Assembly: GCA_013416795.1 (NCBI GenBank)
Contig: RQSC01001187.1
Span: 1 to 25,071, forward strand
Length of the DNA stretch: 25,071 bases
Reading direction: 5' to 3'
From: Prasinococcaceae sp. CCMP 1430
Lineage: Eukaryota; Plantae; Prasinodermophyta
Below, in pieces: positions 20,395 to 25,071 of this stretch (position 1 is its first letter; every line of letters starts with the position of its first letter). The position numbers and the translations under genes are program-made. The notes below the pieces were generated by a model. That model did no database searches. It was given only the letters and a program-made list of their open reading frames with translations, and was not told where the DNA came from.

Positions 20395-22866
20395 ATGCGG
20401 CGCCGCGACGCCGGCGCGGTGCTGCTAGGAGTGCTCGCGCTCGCGTGCGGCCTGCGTCGCGAGGGCCGCTACAGCGTGGGCGTCGCGTGGCGCTTCGACA
20501 CCGGCGGCTCCGCGCAGGTGCACGCGCAATGCGGTCGATGGGCCCGAGCGTGTGGCCCAGGCTGATGGTGGGAGCGCACAGCGGGTGCGCTGAGCGGCTC
20601 GGGCGGCGGCCTGGGGGGGTTCCTCGGGTCGTCCGGCGGCGCTCTGCGCGGCGCCCACCAGTCGGCGCCGCTGGTGGCGCCGCTGGTGGTCGACCTGAAC
20701 GGCGACGGCTTCAAGGAGGTGCTCGTGGCGACTGCGGGGGCGTCGCTCTCGCTACTATCTCCGCCGGGGTCGGCGACAGCCGTGGATGCCGATGGCGCGG
20801 CGGGCGGCTCGGCGCCACGCGCGAACGTGCTCCGCACCGTGTCGCTGCTGCCCAAAGGCGTGCGCGTGGCCGCCGGGCGGACGCCCGTGGCGATGGCGTC
20901 GGGCGTGTTGGAGGACCCCGAGGGAGACGCGCGGGGCGCCGGCATTGCGGGCAGCAACGGCACCGCGGCCGGGCGCGGGCGTCGCGTCGTCGCGGTGCTC
21001 ACCGCGAACTGGCTGCTCGTCCTGCTCGACCACAACCTGGATGTGCTCTGGGAGGCGTCGCTCGCCGACGTGTTCGGGCGCGGGCGCGCGCGCGAGGCGG
21101 CCGTGCTGGTGACCTCGCACTCCGTGCAGGCGGGCGACCGCGGCATGGTCGTGGTCGCGGGCGCAGGCGACGTGCGCGGCTTCGCCGACGGCGGCGACGA
21201 CCTCGGCCTGGAGGACGCAGTGGACAAGGAGCTCTTCGCAGAGCGCGAGGGCGACAAGCGCGCGTTCGGCGAAACGCTGGACGATCGGCCGCTGAAGGAG
21301 GGCGAGCGCGCCCATCACAGGCGCGAGCGCAGCGCGGGTGGCTCCGAGCCGCGCGGCGCGCGCTACGTCGCGTTGGAAGGCGGCAGCGGCACGCGCCGGT
21401 GGACCGCGCTCAGCCACGGGCCGGGCGCCGCCCACGGCGGTGCGGACGCCCACGCCGCGCTCCACGCCGAACTCCACGACCAGCACTCGTACAAGCTGGA
21501 CGCGCAGAGCACGGAGCGCGTCGATTTCCACGCGGCCAGCTGCCGCCCCTTTCGCGAGAGCGTGCTGCGCGGAGCCACGCCGCACGCGTGGGCGCGCCGC
21601 ACGGACACGCGGCTGGCGCTCGCGCACTTTGGCGAGGGCCGCCGCGGGCGCACGTCCAACGCGCACAACGCCGCCGCCGGCCGCATGCGCGACCGCCTCG
21701 GCGGTGCCGCGCAAGCCATCGGCGAGACCGCAGACGCGCTCGGCATGCACCGCCACGGCGGCGGCGGTGCTGAGGCGCGTGACGCCCACGCTCGCGCGCA
21801 CGAGCGCGTGTCGGCCGGCGGCGCTGGCGTGCGCGGCGCGCTGCGTGACAACGCGCTCGTGGCGCATCTCTCAGAGGGCATCGAGGCGATCAACCTGTAC
21901 ACGGGCGAGACGATATGCTCGCTGCTGCTACCCTCGCCGGGGCTGCACGCCGACCTCGACGGCGACGGCGTGCTCGACCACGTCACGGCGATCGGCGCGC
22001 TGCACGGCTCGGGCGCGCATGTCGCCCAGCCGAGCGCGCGGGGGCACGAGCCGCGCGCGTGCTGGGCGCACGCCGCCACTGGCGCGCTCCGCGAGCATCC
22101 GATGTTCGACGGCTCCATCTGCAAGCTCGGCGGTGGGCTGGACCGCGGGCTGGGCAGTAAAGCCTCCCATCGCCAGTTTGGCCGCGCGGGCGATCCGCTC
22201 GCGCCGCTCGAGGTCGCGCCGCCCGTCGCGGTCCCGCACGGCCACGCGCGCCACCGGCGCCACCGCGGCGAGGACGGCGCTGGCGGCAGGGGGCTGCGCG
22301 CGCGCGCCGACGCCGCCTTCCTGAACAGCAGGGGGGAGGTCACCGCCTTTGCCACCGACGGCACGCGCCGGTGGCAAGTGCGCACCGACGTCGCCTGGCG
22401 CAACGAGATGCTGCCGAGCGGTGTCCCGGGCTCGCGCATCGTGCCCACCCTCGAGCTCATGCCGCTCAGGTGGGACGCGGCTGGCAGCGCGCACGCTGCG
22501 CACGCCGCGCGCGACGCTGCGCAGGCCGGCGGTTCGGTCGACTACGCCGGCCCGGCCGTGCTGCTGGCTGCCGGAGAGTACAGTGCGGCGCTGCTGTCGG
22601 CGAGCAGTGGCCGGCGCGAGCAGACGTTCGCGCTGCCAGCGCCGCCTGCTATGCCGCTTGTCCTGTGCGACTTCGACGGCGACGGGTACACCGACATACT
22701 GCTCGTCGGCGAGCACGCCGTCTACGGCCTCGTGCAGCAGCGCCACCCGGGCGCGATTCTGTTCAGCGTGCTCCTGGGCGGGCTCTTCGTTGCCATGGCC
22801 CTCATTTACGTCACGCAGGACGTCTCGTCGCCCGACGCCCCGAGGGCGACCGACGACGACGAGTAG
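20395..22866 (+). CDS. NERD1: FG-GAP repeat membrane protein of the At3g51050/NERD1 family; exons 20395-20517 and 20662-22866
   Basis: N-terminus MRRRDAGAVLLGVLALACGLRREGRYSVGVAW resembles the recalled plant MRKRDLAILML...LQHEGDF..KEAWF. PLVVDLNGDGFKEVLVAT, HADLDGDGVLDHV and LCDFDGDGYTDILLV are FG-GAP-type motifs. C-terminal transmembrane helix ILFSVLLGGLFVAMALIYV. Confidence 0.85.
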
Positions 22867-23168
22867 CGAGCCGCGCGGGCAGCTCACTGGGCGTCTAATG
22901 AGAACCCGCACGTTTTTGTACGCGCCAGAAATGCGGGCGCGCTCGAGCGCTCGCCCATCGCCGTGGATGCGCGCGCGCGAGCGAGCGAGCGCTGTGCGCG
23001 TGCCGCGGGCGCACGCGCACCGCGGGCGCGCTCGTTGCACAGACAATAGATGCATCATGTTATAGGTGTCGACGATGGTCTGCCCGGTGGTCGGCTGTGT
23101 TGCCATGCTGATCGCTCCGTACCACGAGCTACAGTGTACAGTACGTCCCATACTACAGAAAGAGGGCA

Positions 23169-24289
23169 TCAGGCGCTCAGCCCTTGCACCGCGGCGCTCA
23201 CCCCGGCCTCCTGCCGCTGGCGCTCGCGCAGCCGGCGCCGCTCCTCGCGCCGCTCCTCTCGCGCCTGCTCGCGCCGGCGGGCGAGCAGCGCCTCCGTCTG
23301 CTCCAGCGCGCTGAAGAATATGACGCCCCCGACGCCGATCCAAAGCAGGCGTGGGCCGATGCCCGCGAAGAGCGCGCCGACGCCCTCCTCGCGCACGATG
23401 GCCGCCGCCATGCCCGTCATCGAAGGTCGCGCGCCGCCCAGGCTGGAATGGTCCATCAGGCGCGTCTTGATGACGTCCAGGGGCGTCGTGATGGCGCCCG
23501 TCACCATGCCCGCCAGCCCGCCCAGCGTCGCCGCCTCCGTCGCGCTGAGCTGCTGCTCCGTATTATCCCCCCCCGCGCCGCCGCCCTGCGCCTGCCCCTG
23601 CGCCCGCCTCCTGCAGGGCATGCGGATGTACGCCGCCTTGAGCTGCTCGTACACCGTGAACTCGATCGCGTTGAAGGGCACGTCGCGCAGCAGCACGGGC
23701 GTCAGGCCCGCGAAGAGGCCCCGCTTGCCCGAGACGCTCACGATCGAGTTCACGGCGCCCACGAACGTGACCTTGCGATGCACGACCGCCGCCGACACCG
23801 TCCCGGACGCCGTCACGACGGCGGTCGGCGTGCACGCGGTCTGCATGTGCTGCTTGGCCACCTCGAGGGGCTGCCGCACCACCGTGGATATCACGCTCGC
23901 CACCGCCGCGCTGGTGAACTGCGCCACGCTGCTCAGCTCCTTGGGCAGCCGCTCCTGCAGGTCGCGCCGCAGCGGCTCGTAGCAGCCGAAGAAGAGGGCC
24001 GTCTGGACGACCGCGCCGGAGGTCGACGTGCCCACGCCGGCGTACATGCCCTTGAAGAGCGCGCCGCCGCCCCAGCTGCCCGCGACCATCATGCGCGTCT
24101 TGATGGTGTCGACGGGGTAGAGCAGGAACTCGGCGAGGCCGCCCGCCACTCCCCCCGACATGGCGGCCTCGGCGACCACCGCCGCTCCGCCGCGCGCCGC
24201 GCCCTCGGCGTCCTCGTCCGCCTCGAACTCGTCGCCGTAGCCCGGCGTCGCGAGGCCCTCGCGGATGGCGACGGGCACGGCGACGACGG
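23169..24289 (-). CDS. SAMC: Mitochondrial carrier family (SLC25) protein, S-adenosylmethionine carrier (SAMC/PET8)-like; 5' end interrupted by the N at 24290
   Basis: Three PX[DE]XX[KR] signatures (YPVDTIKTR, QPLEVAKQH, TPLDVIKTR), plus LLRDVPFNAIEFTVYEQLK and GIGPRLLWIGVGGVIFF as typical of SAM carriers. The substrate assignment is family-level only. Confidence 0.85.
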
Positions 24290-24290
24290 N
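24290..24290. other. Single N, probable assembly gap in the 5' part of the carrier gene
   Basis: The carrier frame stays open up to the N (GTG-started ORF in the track) and no clear carrier N-terminus continues beyond it. Confidence 0.65.
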
Positions 24291-24779
24291 CCACGGTCCC
24301 TACGGGGCGTTGCAGCGCTGCTGCGCGGCGCGGTGCGCCAGCACGAGCTCGCACCCGGAGGTGGATGGCGTCTGCGCGCCCTCCCCAAAGCGCATACGCC
24401 CCGACCCACGCTTCCCTGCATCCATGCGCGCACATGCCTCCCCCTTCCTAACCCCCCCGCATTCGCGCGTTGGACGCACCATCGGAACGACCTTGCCGCC
24501 GCCCTTGCTCCCCGTGTTGCCCGGTGGGTGTGGGCGGGCAGGGGCTCTCCCGCGCGCTCGCGCGCGCGCGCGCTCTGCCGCCAAGCTCCCCCCCCCCCCG
24601 CGACGCGCCCGGCGCGCGCAGGGACAGGAGGGCGCGCGCACAGGGGAAGACGAGGGCAGGGGGAGGAGGGGGAGAGAGAGAGAGAGAGAGAGAGAGGCAG
24701 AGCAGCGGCGCCCCCCCCACACACACACACACCCCACCGCCGCCACAGCGCGCGCGCGCGGACCTTCCGCCGCGCCCAA

Positions 24780-25030
24780 ATTTGCCCTCCTCTCATCCGG
24801 AAAATGACGCAAACCCTAGTCACACAGCATCGTAAAAACGTTTCTCGGATTGAAATTCGACACGCGCGAACGCGCCCCGGAATCGCGCGGCCGCGCGATT
24901 CCGCGCGCGCGCGCGCGCGAACGCGCGCGCCCAAACCGTAACCTCCTCCCTCCGAACCCCCTCCGAATTCCACATCAAAACGAATCACAAAGTCAGATTT
25001 TATACACCCTACATTATGGATTGTACCGTA
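24780..25030. promoter_or_regulatory. AT-rich island with a telo-box (AAACCCTA at 24811) and a perfect 26-bp palindrome (24878-24903)
   Basis: GC drop upstream of the carrier gene. CGGAATCGCGCGGCCGCGCGATTCCG equals its own reverse complement. Confidence 0.55.
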
Positions 25031-25071
25031 AAGCGCGCGCGCGCGCGCGAACGGCGCGCGCCGCCGGCCGC

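Overview
Eukaryotic, very GC-rich nuclear DNA, most likely from a green alga that retains flagellar genes. This is inferred from DRC6- and NPHP1-like ciliary genes, a green-lineage FG-GAP/NERD1-like gene and two cyanobacterial-type genes. Genes are tightly packed, and many introns consist largely of (GT)n/(CA)n microsatellite. Left to right: a tandem family of intronless ankyrin-repeat genes (one truncated copy plus copies A, B and C), an orphan Lys-rich 3' exon after a single-N gap, a small single-pass membrane protein, a degenerate HAD-fold gene, an AT-rich island with a 79-bp satellite between convergent telomere-like motifs, DRC6 head-to-head with an NPHP1-like gene, a CPFC-type GST head-to-head with an M23 peptidase, an ABCB/TAP-like half transporter with an inserted zinc finger, an FG-GAP membrane protein, and an S-adenosylmethionine-carrier-like mitochondrial carrier. 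Single N characters at 2603, 6676 and 24290 probably mark assembly gaps, so ORFs that cross them are unreliable. Most ORFs in the supplied track are microsatellite read-throughs or antisense shadows. The most unexpected signal is that at least two microsatellite-filled introns end in a near-exact copy of the last 19-28 nt of the exon just upstream, and that copy supplies the acceptor AG. This resembles a target-site-duplication footprint of intron gain by microsatellite insertion. All exon models were derived by eye and all homology calls are from memory; no database search was run.
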